Source: Hemiscyllium ocellatum | Lineage: Eukaryota | Direction: 5' to 3' | DNA: 64,000 nt | Assembly (NCBI RefSeq): GCF_020745735.1 | Contig: NC_083449.1 | Coordinates: 4,500,923-4,564,922 of the forward strand | Part shown: positions 36,215 through 49,064 of the stretch, piece after piece | Layout: each line of letters starts with the position of its first letter | Position numbering within the stretch: position 1 is the first letter of the stretch | The notes under the pieces: generated by a model | Told to the model about the DNA's origin: nothing | Seen by the model: the letters and a program-made list of their open reading frames with translations, nothing else | Databases searched by the model: none | Translations under genes and position numbers: made by a program

Positions 36215-39200
36215 AGTGTCATACAGTTGTACAGCACAGAAACAGGTCCTTTGGTCCAAACTGTTAGTGCTGACCAGAGATCCTAATCTGACCAAGTCCC
36301 ATTGGCCAGCATTTGGTCTGTCTCCCTCTGAACCCTTCCTCTTCATGTACCTATCCAGGTGTCTACAAAAGATTGTAATTGTACCCACCACCTCCACTTC
36401 CTCTGGTAGCTCATTCCATACAAGCACCACCCTCTGCAATGATAAAGTAACCCCACAAGTGCTTTTTAAATCTTTTCCATCTCAACTTAAACCTTTGCCC
36501 TCTATTATTGGACTCCCCAGCATTAGAAAGAAGACCTTGTATATTCACCCTCGCAATGTCACTCATGATTTTATTAACCTCAATAAGGTCATACCTCAGC
36601 CTCAGACAGCCCAGGGGGAAAAAAAAACAACAGCCTATTCGGCCTTTACCTATAACTCAAACCCTCCAGTCCTGGCAATGAAATATACTGATGGGAGTAG
36701 TGCAGTTGATATAGTTTACATGGACAACAATAAGGCCTTTGAAGGAGCATAACCCCCGACCAGAGAAGAAAGACTCAGGAAGCAGGCAGGATTCAGGCAA
36801 GTGGTAGGTGTTTCTTCAAGCAGAAACCGATTAATGCAGGGAGAGGGCCAAAGGATCTTCCCCTGAGACTGGCCTCGGAGGAGAGATGCATGGCACACTC
36901 TGATTTTACAATGAAAAAAATAGTACTTATTGTACTCTTTCTGTGAACAATCACATACAATGTGATTAATATATTCCTCCCTCTTACTTTGTATACCCTA
37001 TCCTATAAGACACCTCATCAATGATGGGCATCCATTGGACAGCTCCAGGTTCACATGATCTCAAGGTGATTAGCAGATACTGTCATCGCTCGGCCTTGGG
37101 ATCTTTCTATGTCTCCTATTTGTTCACATTCCAGAGTTACTTGCTATACTCCTTCGGGTTTCTGTCAGTCTAGCTTATATTGAGGGACATCCTGAATGCT
37201 GTTATTCATTGTATTTAATTTTAATCAAATTCTATTCCTCTTGTTACGTGCCCCATGGTCCTTATTATATATGAAGAAAAAACAGAAAACAGTTAATTTT
37301 GCATTACTTGCTTTAAATTTGTAATTTTGATTTGTCTTAAAGTTAGTTAAAATGTGTAAAGTCATACAGTTATGAAACGGAGTAGTATAAGATAACTTTA
37401 GCTGTTGCTCCCCTCAGTTGTTTTAGGGGATTAATGGGCTGTATCGAACATCTGGTGCCTGTTCATTTACTGGTACAATTCCCTTTCATTTAATGTGGCT
37501 GGAGTTATTCGTTTCTCAGACCTTAGATCTGCTGGTCGGAACTGTTTCGAATGGGAACAGGCTGGGTCCTTATTACTGTCCTCTGAATGGCTTGTTCAAT
37601 GGTTTCATCATACCTCACTGTGTGTGAACAGGCTGATGTGCTTAGTTTCTGCCATTGTCTCTCACGTCCTGCTGTTTAATTCTACTTTCCACTTATCGGT
37701 CAGTTTGTGTTAACAGATATGGGCCACTCTATTCTGGCAGGTACAGGCCACCCCGATAGCCTTTGACAAAGTCCCATATAAAAGACTGGTCTAAGATTGG
37801 CTCTTGGACTCTTAAGCAAACTGGATCTGAAATTAGCTTGCAGACAGGATGCAAAGTGTGATGGTGATGGGTTGTGTTTGTGATTGGAAGCCTGTGACCA
37901 GCGGTGTCCCACAGGGATCAGTGCTAGGACACTTGCTGTTCATTATGTACATTAACGACTTGGATGTGAATGTACAAGGTACAATTACTATGTTTCTGGG
38001 TGAGATTTTAGTGTGGAAGTGCAAACTGTGTTGGTGCAGGCTTGGAGGGCAAAGGGCATGTGACTGTGCTGTACTGATCTTTCTTCTTCGACATGAAAAT
38101 TGGCAGCACTGTTGACAGCGAAGGGGACGGTCTCAGGCTACAGTCTGAGTACAGCCAGCAGAACAATGGCTCTGATATTCCTGATAAGTATGATATAATG
38201 TATTTTAGGAGGTCTAATAAGGGAAAGAATTACACAATGAAGGGTAGGTCCCTAGGGAGTACTGAGGAACAAAGGGACCTTGGTATACAAGTCTATAGAT
38301 CCCAGAAGGAAACAGCACAGGCAGACAGGCTGCTGAAGAAGGCATACAGAATGCTGGCCTTTATTACCTGAGCTGTACAATTTAAAAGAAAGGAAATCTT
38401 ATTACAATTTTATAGAGCTGAAAATGTGTTGCTGGAAAAGCGCAGCAGGTCAAATCTTTACTATACCACCTCAAGTTTAACAACACCCTTCCTGCAGCAG
38501 GTTGCTGTTCCAGCAACACATTTTCAGCTCTGATCTCCAGCATCTGCAGTCCTCACTTTCTCCTACAATTTTATAGAACATTGATTAGGCCACAGATGGA
38601 AAACTGTGTGCAGTTATGGCTGACACCCTGTCAGAAGGATGTACTGGAGAGGGTGCAGTGGGCTGGAAAGTCTCCATTATGAGGCAAGACTGGATAGGCT
38701 GAGTTTTGTTTCCTTGGAGCAGAGGAGGCTGAGGGAGGATCTGACTGAAGAATACCAGATTATCAGAAATGTAGGCAGAGTAGATTGAGAGAATCTTTCT
38801 CCCCGTGACGGATGTGTCTAAGTCCAGAGGGCACATGTTGAAGTTGAGGAGAAAACAGCTTAGAGGAAATGTGAGAAAAATATTTTGACCCAGAGGGTGG
38901 GTAAAGTTTGGAACATTCTGCCTGAGAGGGTGATTGAGTACTCTCACAGCATTTAAGCAGCATCTGGACATACCTTTAAAAAGCCAGGGTATAGTCAGCT
39001 ATGGGCCAAGTGCAGGTAAATGGGATGAATGCAGTTTGGTGTTTGTTGAACATCATGGACATGGTGGGCCAAAGGGTCTGTTTCTATGCTGTACGACTCT
39101 ATATCTCTATAACACCCTTGTAAATCTTTACTGTACCACCTCAAGTTTAACAACATCCTTCCTGTAGCAGGTTGATGAGAATTATACACAATCTCCTTAA

Positions 39201-40560
39201 AGTGGATTCACCAATATCCTGCACAGCCACCAGATGACCTCCCAACTCCTCCACTCAGTATTCTGAACAATAAAGGCAAGCATGTCAAATGTCTTTTTCA
39301 CCGTTCTGTCTACGTGCAACTACTTTCATGGACTTGGAGGTGCCAGTGTTGGACTCGGGTGGACAAAGCGAAAAATGAGAACACCAGGTTTTCGTCCAAC
39401 AGGTTTATTTGGAAACACTAGCTTTTGAAGCACTGACCTTCATCAGGTGGTTGAAGAAGCAACAGTACTTTGATAGCTAGTGCTTCCAAATAAACCTGTT
39501 GGAGTACATCCAAGGAAATCTTCAACGGCTCACTGAGGTTTCTTAGTTCACCAACACTCCCCAATGCTCTACCATTAAGTGTGGAATTCATGTCTTGGTT
39601 TGCTTTTTAAAAATGTATGTAAACTAAACTACAACTGCCACTCCTCAGCCCACTGACCCATCTGACAAGAGGGAAAGTTAGTAAGTATGCAGATGACACC
39701 AAAATTGGAGGTGTAATGGACAGTGAAGATTACCTCAGATTACAACAGGATCTTGATCAGATGGGCTGAGAAGTGGCAGATCGAGTTTAATTTAGATAAA
39801 TGTGAGGTGCTGCATTTTGGGAAAGCAAATCTTAGCAGGACTTATACACTCAATGATAAGGCCCTAAGGAGTGTTGCTGAACAAAGAGACCTTGGAGTGC
39901 AGGTTCATAGCTCCTTGAAAATGGAGTTGCAGGTTGATAGGATAGTGAAGAAAGTTTGGTATGCTTTCCTTTATTGGTCACTGAATTGATTACAGGAGTT
40001 GGGAAATCATGTTGCGATTGTACAGGGCATTGGTTACGCCACTGTTGGAATATTGCATGCAATTCAGGTCTCCTACCTATCAGAAAGATATTGTAAAACT
40101 TGAAGGGGTTCAGAAAAGATTTACAAGGATGTTGCCAGGGTTGAAGTATTTGAGGTATCGGGAGAGGTTGAATAGGTTTAAGGCTGCTTTCGGTGGGGTA
40201 ACCTAATAGAGGTTTCTAAAATCATGAAAGCTTTGGAGAGGATAAATAGACACCATTTATTCCCTGGGGTAGGGGAGTCCAGAGCGAAAGGCATAGTCTT
40301 AGGATTTGAGGGGAAGATTTAAAAGAGATCTGGAGGGCAATTTTTTCAACGTGACGTAGTGTGTGTATAGAATGAGCTGCCAGAGAAATTGGTGGAGACT
40401 GGTACAATTACGCCATTTACAAGGCACCTGGATGGATACAAGAACAGGAAGGGTTTAGAGGAATATGGGCCATGTGCTGGCAAATGAGACTGGATTAGTT
40501 CAGGATAGCTGGTTGGCATGGATGAGTCCAGCCGAAGTGTCGGTTTTTCTGTAAATCTAT
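36215..40560. mobile_element. Cluster of nested CR1 fragments on both strands with short Penelope-terminus inserts
   Basis: PQGSVLG (37849 ORF), KAYRMLAFI, KWQIEFNLDKCEVLHFG and LEYCMQF motifs, plus several CR1 tails. Confidence 0.85.
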
Positions 40561-40741
40561 GACAGTGAATAATAACATTTATTAGAAATGGGGTGATGTG
40601 CATGGAGAGAGATAAAAAAAAATTGTAATTCCTTGGTGGTATTTGACTCTTTGTTTGAAATTGAGCTTAATGTGCATCTAATTCAAACTGCTCTGCGACT
40701 CTGGAAAGAATGTTCTTTAGTGTCTGACAACGGTAACATAC

Positions 40742-40817
40742 CTGCTGTTTGTTAGAAGGAAAAGATCACACTTGGCTTTGCCCCGAGGGAATATGTCTTG
40801 GTCCTTCAAGTATTTGG
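40742..40817 (-). other. Exon-like unit, copy 5 (76 nt, in-frame 6-nt deletion)
   Basis: Splice sites intact. Frame KYLKDQDIFPRGKAKCDLFLLTNS. Confidence 0.55.
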
Positions 40818-41074
40818 CTGGAGGAAGACAGAAGAGTCCTCTCCTGTAAATCAACATTAAGTTTGACAGTATCAAACCTCTGAATGTAACATTCATTTAA
40901 TAATCATTAGGCTGTTTTTCTTTCAAACCGGCAAGTCCAACGGAACTACAGGTCTGATTCTATTGTTGGCCTGAGCTGCTCTTTGTCTGGTGATTGTAAT
41001 AAAAATATCTATACCAATTCACTGAGAACCAGATACTAACCAATACCTCCACAATAAGGCTACCCAATACAAGT

Positions 41075-42320
41075 GCGTATCTGGATCTGAGAGTTTCCTT
41101 ATCAATCCATACCTGTCAGTTCCTGCGAGGTGAATGTGGGAATACAGCTGTCAACCTGTACCTGTTGAAATAAGCTGTGCAAATGTGTGAGTGAATGTTG
41201 TTATCAATCTGTCCTTGTCACACTCTGGTAAATATATTTACATTTTGCCATTGCAGAGACTGACAGGGACAGATTAAAAACCACACTCACACATTCACAT
41301 AGCATAAACTAACAGATATAGTTTGATAACTAAACTCATATCCACACAGAATAAACTTGCAGGGACTGGTTGTTAAATACATTTTAAGTAAATAAAATCA
41401 GTCCCTGTGTGCTTTAACTGATGGGGATGTGAGGATTTAGTCATCAATATGTACCTGTCAGTTTCTGCCCTGTGAATGTGAGAGTTTACATACCAATCTG
41501 TCCTGAATAGTTTCTGTGTATCTGATAGTGTAGTTATCAACCAGAATCTGTCAGTTTCAGCTATGAGAACTCGAGTGTCATTAACAGTGTCTACCCGTCA
41601 GTTTCTGCTGTATGAATATTAAATGCAGTCAACAAATTGTACCCATCAGTTTCTTCTGTGTGAATGTAGATATTGATCTCCATTTGTCTGCTTTAGCTAT
41701 ACCAATGTGTGTGAATGCAATTATCAAACAGTATCTGTTAGGTTTTGCTATTTGACACCAGATTTTCTTTGTCAATCTGTTTCTACTACGTCGATTTGAG
41801 AGAGTCGATACCAACCTGTCCATGTCAGTTTTTTCCCTGTCAATATGTGAATACAGTTATTGATCAGTACCCATCAGATTCTGCTGTGAAAATGGGTGTA
41901 TTAATCAAACTGTAGTGGTCAGTTTCAGCGATGTGAATGTGGGAGTACAGTTATCATTCACTATCTGTCAATTTCTTCTTTGACAAAGTGAGTGAAACTC
42001 AATCTGTACCTTTCAGACTCTGCTGCGTGAATACATAAATATAGTTATCAATCTGTCGCTGTCAGTTTCTGCTTAGTGAATATATTTGTGTAATTGCCAA
42101 TCTATCCCTGCTATGTGAATGTGTGAGCGGAGTTTTCATCTGTTGCTATCAGCTTCTGCTTTGTGAGTGTGAGAGTTTAGTTATCAATATTACCCTGTCA
42201 GTTTCTGTAATTCCAGTGTTTTGAGTGGATTTATTCATCTTTTCCTGTCAGTTTGTGTGACTGTAGTTATCAGCCTCTCCCCTCAGATTCTGCTATATGA
42301 ACATAAGACTGCAGTTATTA
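41075..42320 (+). repeat. Same minisatellite (continues at 43380-43650 and 44415-44895; short copy at 34310-34650)
   Basis: Same unit, with a locally inverted block at about 41245-41380. Confidence 0.85.
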
Positions 42321-42321
42321 A

Positions 42322-42878
42322 TTTAATTTGATCATTGTTATTACATGTCCGGAGGTAAATTGAAAAGTATTGTTTTGTGCACCTTACAGGTAGATCATCT
42401 CATCCAAAATCCATCAAGGTAATAGAACAGAATCCAGAATACAGTGTTAAAGCTGCAGAGAAGGTGCAGACAGAGATTATCATCAAAGTTTAGAGGTCCG
42501 TTCAAATATCTAATAATAGCGGAGAAGCAGTTGTTGAATCTGTTGGATGGTGTATTCAAACTTCTGTATTTTCAACCTGACAGACCGGGGGGAGGAGCAT
42601 ATAACTTGGGTCGGAATGGGTCTTTTATGTTGTTGGTTGCTTTCTCAAGACAGGGGGAAGTGGAATTGCAGCCTTTGGATGGAAGACTGCTTTCAGTGAT
42701 GGACTGGATTAATCACAGCTGTCTGTAGTATCTTGTGGTCTTGGGCAGAACAGAAGCCACATTACGCTGTGACACACCCAAATAGGATGTTTTCTGTGGT
42801 GCATCTATAAAAATTTGCATAAGTCTTTATGGACATGCTGAATTCCCTTAGCCATGGGAGGAAATCTGCTTGGTGAAT
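42322..42878 (-). mobile_element. Rex1/Babar- or L2-like LINE 3' fragment (paralog at 54655-55205 on +)
   Basis: LREFSMSIKTYANFYRCTTENILFGCVT motif and AATAAAT-type tail. Confidence 0.65.
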
Positions 42879-42879
42879 G

Positions 42880-43380
42880 TCAGAGTCATAGTCATAGAGA
42901 TGTACCCTTTGGTCCAACTTGTCCATGCCAACTAGATATCCCAACCAAATCTAGTCCCACCTGCCAGCACCCGGCCCATATCCCTCCAAATCCTTCCAAT
43001 TCATAGACACATCTCGATGCCTTTTAAATGCTGCAATTGTACCAGCCTCCACCACTTCCTCCTGGCAGGTCATTCCACACAAGTGCGACCCTCTTTGTCT
43101 ATTTATCCTATCCATGCCGCTCATGATTTTATAAACCTCTAAAATGTCATCCCTCAGCCTCCGATGCTCCAGGGAATACAGCCCTAGTCTATTCAACCTC
43201 GTCCGATAGCTCAAATCCTCCAACCCTGTCAACATCCGTATACATCTTTCTGAACCCTATCAAGATTCACGCTATCATTCTATCGGAAGGAGACCAGAAT
43301 TGCATGCAATATTCCAACAGTGGCCTAACCAATGTCATGTACAGCTGCAAGGTGACCTCCCAATAACTGTACTCAATACT
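42880..43380 (-). mobile_element. CR1 3' fragment present only in the left inverted arm
   Basis: LYSLEHRRLRDDILEVYK; absent at the homologous point near 54655. Confidence 0.88.
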
Positions 43381-43649
43381 GAATGTGTTTGGGTAATTGT
43401 CAATCTAAGTCTGCCAGGTTCTGGTATGTGAATATGAGAATTTACTTTTTAACAGTCCCTGTCAGTTTTTGCTTCATGAATGTTTTGTTTTGTTAAGAAC
43501 CCTTCCCGGTCAGGCTCTGTAATGTAAATGTGATTGCATTTATCAGATGTTTGCATGACAGATTTTCTTTTGTGAACATGTGAATGTGGTTATCAATTTT
43601 CCCTGGTAATTTCCGATCTGTGAATATGAAAATATAGTTATTAATCTCT

Positions 43650-44412
43650 AAATGAAAACCAAAAGAACTGCAGATGCTGGAAATCAGAAACTAAAACAAA
43701 TTGCTGGAAAATCTCAGTAGGTATGACAGAGTCTGTGGCAGAAATCAGAGTTTAAATTTCCAGTCCAGTAACCCTTCCTTTGAAGAGATGGTAGCCAGGA
43801 AAATATTAGGTTTTCTGCAGAAGATAGGGTGTGTTGAAGGGTAAGGGAGTAAATGGTGGATGCACATACAATCCAAAGAGAGGGAAGAACAGTTGGACAG
43901 ATAAACTAACGGATCACAGTCAGAGGAGGACAGTAATACCTATTAGTAGAGACTGTTAGTGAGTTTTGGTGTACAATAGAAGACCCTGTGATAACACTGC
44001 ATGGTAAGAGAGGTTTTGGGTAATGATTTGGGAGAGCACTACCTCTGAAGTTATGGAGTCCAGAAGGCTGTTGAGTTCTCAAGCAGAAAATGAGGTGCTG
44101 TTCTTCCAGCTTGCACTGAAATTTGCTGGAGCACTGCAACAAGCCTGAGACAGAGGTGTTGGCCAGGGAATAGGGTGGTGGGTTGAAATGGCGGGCAACT
44201 AGAAGCTCAGGGACATTTTTTTTTCTGGACAGAATGTAAGTGTTCTGCACAGTGGACACCCAATCTACACTCAGTTTCCCCAGCATAGGGAAGACCAAAT
44301 GGTAGCTAGGAAAATGCACACAATCAGTTCTGAAGAGGGGTCACTAGACCTCGAATGTTAAGTCTGATTTCCCTCCACCAAAGCTGCCAAACTTGTGATT
44401 TTTCAGCAATTT
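43650..44412 (-). mobile_element. Penelope-derived element (paralog at 53730-54432 on +)
   Basis: VARHFN...KLEEQHLIFCL GIY-YIG C-terminal remnant with inverted termini, present at the same site in both inverted arms. Confidence 0.8.
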
Positions 44413-47400
44413 TCATTATTAATTTCTCCCTGTTAGTTTCTGTGCTGTAAACAAGTGTCATGATCAAACTGTATATGTCAATTTATGCAATTTCAAACAG
44501 GGAGTGTTATTAATCTGTTCCAATAAGTTCTGATGATGAGAATGTCTTCCTCTGAAATGTCCTGCCATGTGAGTGTGATTGTTCAATCTGTCCCTATTAT
44601 ATTCTGCTCTGTGTATCTCAGGATGGAGTTATAAATCTGTATCTGTCAACATACCTACTTTATAAATGTACAAATGCATTAAGCAGACTGTATATGCCAG
44701 TGTTTGCTAAGTAAATGTGTTAGTTTAGTTTTGTGTGTGCCTGCGTGTGCATGTGCGCATGTATATGTATCATTCTCTCCCTTTCAGTTTCTGCAGAGTG
44801 AATATGTGAGAGCAACTATCAATCTTCATCTGTCGGTTTCTCTTGCATCCACACGAGTGTTTTGGAATTGATCTATACTTGGCAGTTTCTTGGCAACTCT
44901 TTTATGTATGAAAGTTGCTTAATTCTCTGGCAACCAATAATATTCTAAGAGTCCAATCATCACCAGGAATCTATGGTTGATTTTCAGGAAAACCCATCTA
45001 GTTCACTAATGTCCTGTAAGAAAACTGCCATCCTTGTGTCTCCACACCCGCAGCAATGTGGTTGACTCATAACTACCCCCTGAGCAGTTAGGGATGTGCA
45101 ATAAATACTGGCCTAGCCAGTGATGCCCTCATCCCATGATTGAATTTAGGAAATGGAATTCTCTGTGACTGAGATTCATTCTGTGATATTAGTTTTTAAG
45201 GGTGTTGTGATTGGGCCTTAAACTCTTCTGCATTTTATGATTTATGGCAGAGTCACAGAATTGATACAGCCATTCAGCCCACTGTGTCTGCACTGGGACT
45301 TCTCTTGTTCATCTGTTCTCCATAGTAATTTCCACTAATTGTTGGGCGTCTGAACTTCATTCACTCACTGCCAGTATCTCAAGGTAAATGGACATGTGAG
45401 ATTAGTTCTGCAGTATTCTGCCATTGAATAACTATAGTGCCAGTTTGGTTTTGTATGCAACAGCATCAGGTGGAGTGTGTGAATCTCATTCTCTTTACAC
45501 GTTGAGTTGTATTTGTTTAGTCTGGGCATTGGACAAACTCGATCAACATTCACTAACACTTTGTAAGCAAGGGATTAATGTTGGTTCAATGTTTACTTTG
45601 CCATGAATCTGAATGTTATTGTTTTCAGATTTTTTTTTTACATTTTGCGTATGCAGGAGTCTTTATCAGTCGTTGCTGGACACTGTAAAATATAATATCT
45701 AATACTAACTGAAGCGATTAATGGTTTGGTGAGTCAATTTATAACTGTCCATTTTTGGCCTAAATTTCATTCTTTTTTCCCTTTCTCCATTAACTGGCTG
45801 AGTGCGCGAGTGAGTTTTCTGTTGTGCTGCCAATCTGTATCACTTTCAAGGAGCGGTTCTGGTCTATACCACACTGACATTTTCTGCATATCTTCTTCTG
45901 TTTCCAGTTCTGCATGTCATGATCTGATACACTTTGAGGTAGGCTTAATGCCTTATAAATCAGGATTTCATTCAATAAAATGTACGGAAATGTTTCTGCA
46001 TTACTCAGGCCCTCAAACAAAATGGGAGTGTGGATAAAGTGTGTTTACATCAGCACCAGGCTGAGACTGAGAACTAAATTCAATCGATCAGTCTCTGATA
46101 CTTGATACCAATGTGGTCCTTATTCTTGGTTATTGTATTTCGCAGTGGCTCAGTGTCGTCTAAATTGAAACATGACACTTTTAGTAACTGCAAGCACAAT
46201 TAATTGTTTAAACTTCTGCTACTTGACATGAATCAGGTTTCATCCATTGCCACTGGAGTCAGCTCCTGTCAGTGAACATGGATGTGTTTCTATATCTGCT
46301 AATATTTGGCCTTGTATATGTAGTTGAATAATGTCCACAGCCTATGTTCTTTAGTTTTAGAGCCTATAGGATCCATGGACAGGTGAACATGCAACACATT
46401 ACAGCAGAAAAGCATCTGTGCTTTTCTTCAGAATCAAGGGGAGAAAAGCAATAGACTTTTGTCATTCCTATAGTGCAGAGTCTAACCAGGAACAGTGGGG
46501 TTATCAAGGTCTGGTTTTCAGGATGCTATCAATTTTTGCATAGTGAAATACTTTACCAGTGATTTGGTTAATACTGATCATTAATTCAATTTGCTCCTAA
46601 GTGAACACTTCAACTGCATTGCAGCTGACTGAAGACAATGCTCCTTGTGCAGAAAAGAGAAGTGGCCAATTCTATTCTATTTACCAATCTGGACAGGATC
46701 TGGTACAAGCCATGAACAGTATTCTTGTGTTGCTCTCTGGTAGGGTGGGGGCAAACAAAAGGTCTTTTATTTTCCACTATTGGTGAAGAATATTTAAACA
46801 GTCAAATTCAATTTATTGAACAACCAACTCTTGGTGGTTAAAATAAAGGAGCAGCTTGACAAACCTATCAATTTTAGCTTTTTCTTTCTTTCTGCACTGC
46901 TTTAAATAGTAATGATCGGATTCCATTGACTCCTTGACAAAACTATACCCTGATTCTTTGATGCTTTTTATAGTTTAATGGAGAGATAGTCAAGATGAAT
47001 GCAGGGTTCTTCATAGATTTCTTGAAACAAATTTTGAAAGACACAATAAGAAAAATTTTTTTTCTGGACTGAAAAGAAATCCTACAAAATGATGAAATGG
47101 AGAATGGCGTTATGACACAGATGGGGATGACAACTTCAACTGCTGCCATGAAAAATCTATGGAAATGGAATACTCAATAAATTAACAATTCTAATCCCTT
47201 TCAATCAGCTGTGTTGTTATAGACTGTTATGATCAGTGCAGATTTAATAATTTCAATAGACATATTCTGTGCTGTCGATCTCTTTGACTTAAGATCAGAG
47301 AGTAGAAATCAGTTTGATAAAATGTTTTCTGCTAGTTGCGGTGTATATGGATCTTCATCACTGTTAGGTGTTGTAATGTGTATTTCAGGATGGTGTAGAA

Positions 47401-48036
47401 ATTTGCAACCATTGTTAATCAGTCAGTAGCTCTGTGGGAGATAGAATGGTGTGTGTGCGCGCAAGCACACATATGGGGGTGGGATGGAGATGGTGGTTGT
47501 GGGTGTGTATACACGCGATGAGCACGGTCTCGACATCAGGCTTTGGCCCAGAGGTTCATTCAGAATTTACATAGAGTTCAACTGTTGTGTCTTTTCCAGG
47601 ACAATGATTTATCAAACGTAATTTTGACTTTCTCAGTTACTGAAATTATCAAAGTTTCTTTCTGCATCTGCACTCAACATCTTCTTTATATATCCTTGTT
47701 GTAACAATGTAACAGCATGACTTGTTTGTTCACCTTGATTGTAACTTTAAAATTGCCTTTACTATACGTGGATTAATGTAATTCCTGAATGTATATTTCA
47801 TACGAGGATACAGTCTCTCTCTCATCTGATGTTGCAAATGATAACTGGGTATGCATAATGGAATTTATTGGAGCTGTGCTGTTGTGCATCGAGTAAGGAG
47901 AATTTTTAAAAAATACTTCATTAGTTGTGTCAGACTCGGATTGAATGCATACTTGTGGAAATTGAGCTCAATGTGTATCTGACTCAATCCACTGACTGTG
48001 GAAAGGATGTTCTCCAATCTGATAACTGTAACATAC

Positions 48037-48117
48037 CTGCTGGTTGGTAAAAGCAGATAGTCATACTTGGTTTGTACTGAGGAAATATTACATTATCTTG
48101 GTCCATCAAACATTTGC
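48037..48117 (-). other. Exon-like unit, copy 6 (81 nt, 1-nt deletion)
   Basis: tttttcttcccgcAG|...cagcag|GTATGT. Frameshifted relative to the other copies. Confidence 0.5.
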
Positions 48118-48723
48118 CTGCGGGAAGAAAAAGAGAGATATCATGATATCTGAGTAGAAAGACATCAACTGATCAACGCAACAGTCAGGTCATGATAATG
48201 ATACTTCTGTTTTTAAACAGAGCAGGGTCTGGTTACAAAGCAACACTGATCTCCTCCCAGTTTTCTACTGTTTGCGAAATTCTGAAATAATTTACTCAGA
48301 TGAAAATAAACTAACCAACACATGCACAGCTCCAAAAATATAATGATTACACAGTTCAATATTCAGCTCCCAAAAAAACACGAACTTTGAAGGAAGAACA
48401 ACAGGCACTTTTATCACATTTAGATCACTGCCCTTTATTTCCCAACACTTCAATGTCTATTCACAACATAAAGCGTGAAACAGAAGCCAAATAATGAATT
48501 TCCATCAGTGTTTAGGCGATTAAAAACCCCAAGAATGTCCCACAGCAGCTCCTTCCCACTCTGCCTCCCTCAGCAGGCCCACACACAGCCAGAGAAAGGC
48601 CTCTTGTGTCTGACTGTTTGCTCATTTAGATATCTCTCTGGAAATTGAGCTCAAACTAAGTCTGATCCAATCAGCTCTGTGCCTGTGGAAAGAATGCTTT
48701 CTGCTTTAACAGTGGTAACATAC

Positions 48724-48805
48724 CTGCTGTTTGTTTGAAGCGACTGCTCACACTTGGCTTTGTACTTAGGAAATATGACATTGTCTTCATCATTCAAATA
48801 CTTGC
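48724..48805 (-). other. 82-nt exon-like unit, copy 7 (acceptor altered)
   Basis: Donor GTATGT intact; acceptor reads ctccaa. Frame KYLNDEDNVIFPKYKAKCEQSLQTNS. Confidence 0.5.
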
Positions 48806-49064
48806 TTGGAGGAAGACAGAAGATTTTTCAGCTGTAAGTCAAGTTAGGCAAGATTTTTTTTGAGTGGGAGCAGCGGCTGAGTAAAAGCGAACCCGGGAGA
48901 CGACAGCTAAGATAAGACAGTTTGTTTTAAAATTACTTACCTGTAGTGGCAGCGGTGTTCTTTTTTCTCTTTCTTCACAGAAAGAGCGGAAGCAGCAAGG
49001 GAAGTGACGGCGAGCAGAGGGGCAGCCGGGAAGGAAAACAGTGAATATACAACTCAGGATCCTC

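Larger units (their letters stand above)
40560..47397 (+). repeat. Left arm of an old, about 6.5 kb inverted duplication
   Basis: Reverse-complement collinear with 50679-56860, e.g. 46800-47150 vs 51265-50930 and 45780-46600 vs 52260-51450. Penelope and Rex-like insertions are shared. Confidence 0.9.

Noticed and set aside
41075-42320. CRISPR-like repeat/spacer appearance of the arrays
   Set aside because: Eukaryotic context, degenerate repeats, spacers that are homologous TG-rich sequence, and no cas genes.
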